In this document: positions 63,808-64,000 of the stretch, piece by piece
Layout: each line of letters opens with the position of its first letter
Numbering within the stretch: the first letter of the stretch is position 1
IMG/VR virus record: IMGVR_UViG_3300025387_000009
Reading direction: 5' to 3' (one strand)
Source: a virus
Lineage: Duplodnaviria > Caudoviricetes
DNA length: 64,000 nt
Program-made: the position numbers and the translations under genes
Notes under the pieces: model-generated
Database searches by the model: none
What the model was told of the DNA's origin: nothing
Seen by the model: only the letters and a program-made list of their open reading frames with translations

Positions 63808-63846
63808 CTTGACACCTCCTCCTAAAGCATATAGACTGTAAAAATG
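63808..63846 (+). promoter_or_regulatory. Repeated promoter, copy 6
   Basis: TTGACA-17-TAGACT, ATG 63844. Confidence 0.8.
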
Positions 63847-64000
63847 AATTGCCCTTATGACTATGATGACCCAGAGTTTAGACTCGAGTGGTTTGAAGAC
63901 ATACTAGAAAAAGTAGAACTGGAAAGAGATGCTCTGTGGGTCAAAACTCAAGAGGATGAGAGGGAGATTAATCAGTTGAGGGATATTAATAATGAGTTGA
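63844..64000 (+). CDS. Hypothetical coiled-coil protein, runs off window
   Basis: MNCPYDYDDPEF... open to the edge. Confidence 0.5.
   Translation, partial: MNCPYDYDDPEFRLEWFEDILEKVELERDALWVKTQEDEREINQLRDINNEL

Noticed and set aside
60331-63846. Six ~35-bp repeats as a CRISPR array
   Set aside because: Intervals are 140-1400 bp and contain ORFs; the repeat is a -35/-10 promoter; no cas genes
1-64000. Stop-codon recoding (code 15 or 4)
   Set aside because: Conserved genes are full length under code 11, and TAG and TGA both end genes at natural boundaries
1-64000. rRNA, group I/II introns, inteins, transposases
   Set aside because: No recognisable conserved cores seen by eye; a covariance and HMM search would be needed to exclude them fully

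Overview
The window is a 64-kb segment of a large T4-like lytic myophage; no integrase, rRNA or CRISPR array was found. Evidence: rIIA/rIIB, T4-type late promoters TAA(G/A)TA a few bases before virion-type genes, 19 tRNA genes plus a tmRNA, five HNH/GIY-YIG endonucleases, thioredoxin, metallophosphoesterases and a NAMPT fragment. Layout: (i) 1-14.8 kb, AT-rich late and accessory genes; (ii) about 14.8-31.1 kb, a visibly GC-richer, almost all plus-strand early-type block bounded by repeat- and palindrome-rich non-coding DNA; (iii) 31-55 kb, late genes interleaved with tRNAs, tmRNA and homing endonucleases; (iv) 55-64 kb, small early ORFs, ending in cassettes that each start with the same ~35-bp promoter. 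Most notable: a shared N-terminal leader on at least 11 unrelated late proteins (candidate capsid-targeting/injection system); non-canonical tRNAs (long-arm UAU tRNA with U73, Ser-ACU, three tRNAs with an AGCGUUA T-loop); a tmRNA with a 34-aa tag; five unexplained structured-RNA candidates; a fixed-position upstream promoter motif; and a promoter-repeat cassette array that truncates NAMPT. All calls come from reading the sequence by eye. No database searches or folding programs were run, so family names are recalled motif matches.
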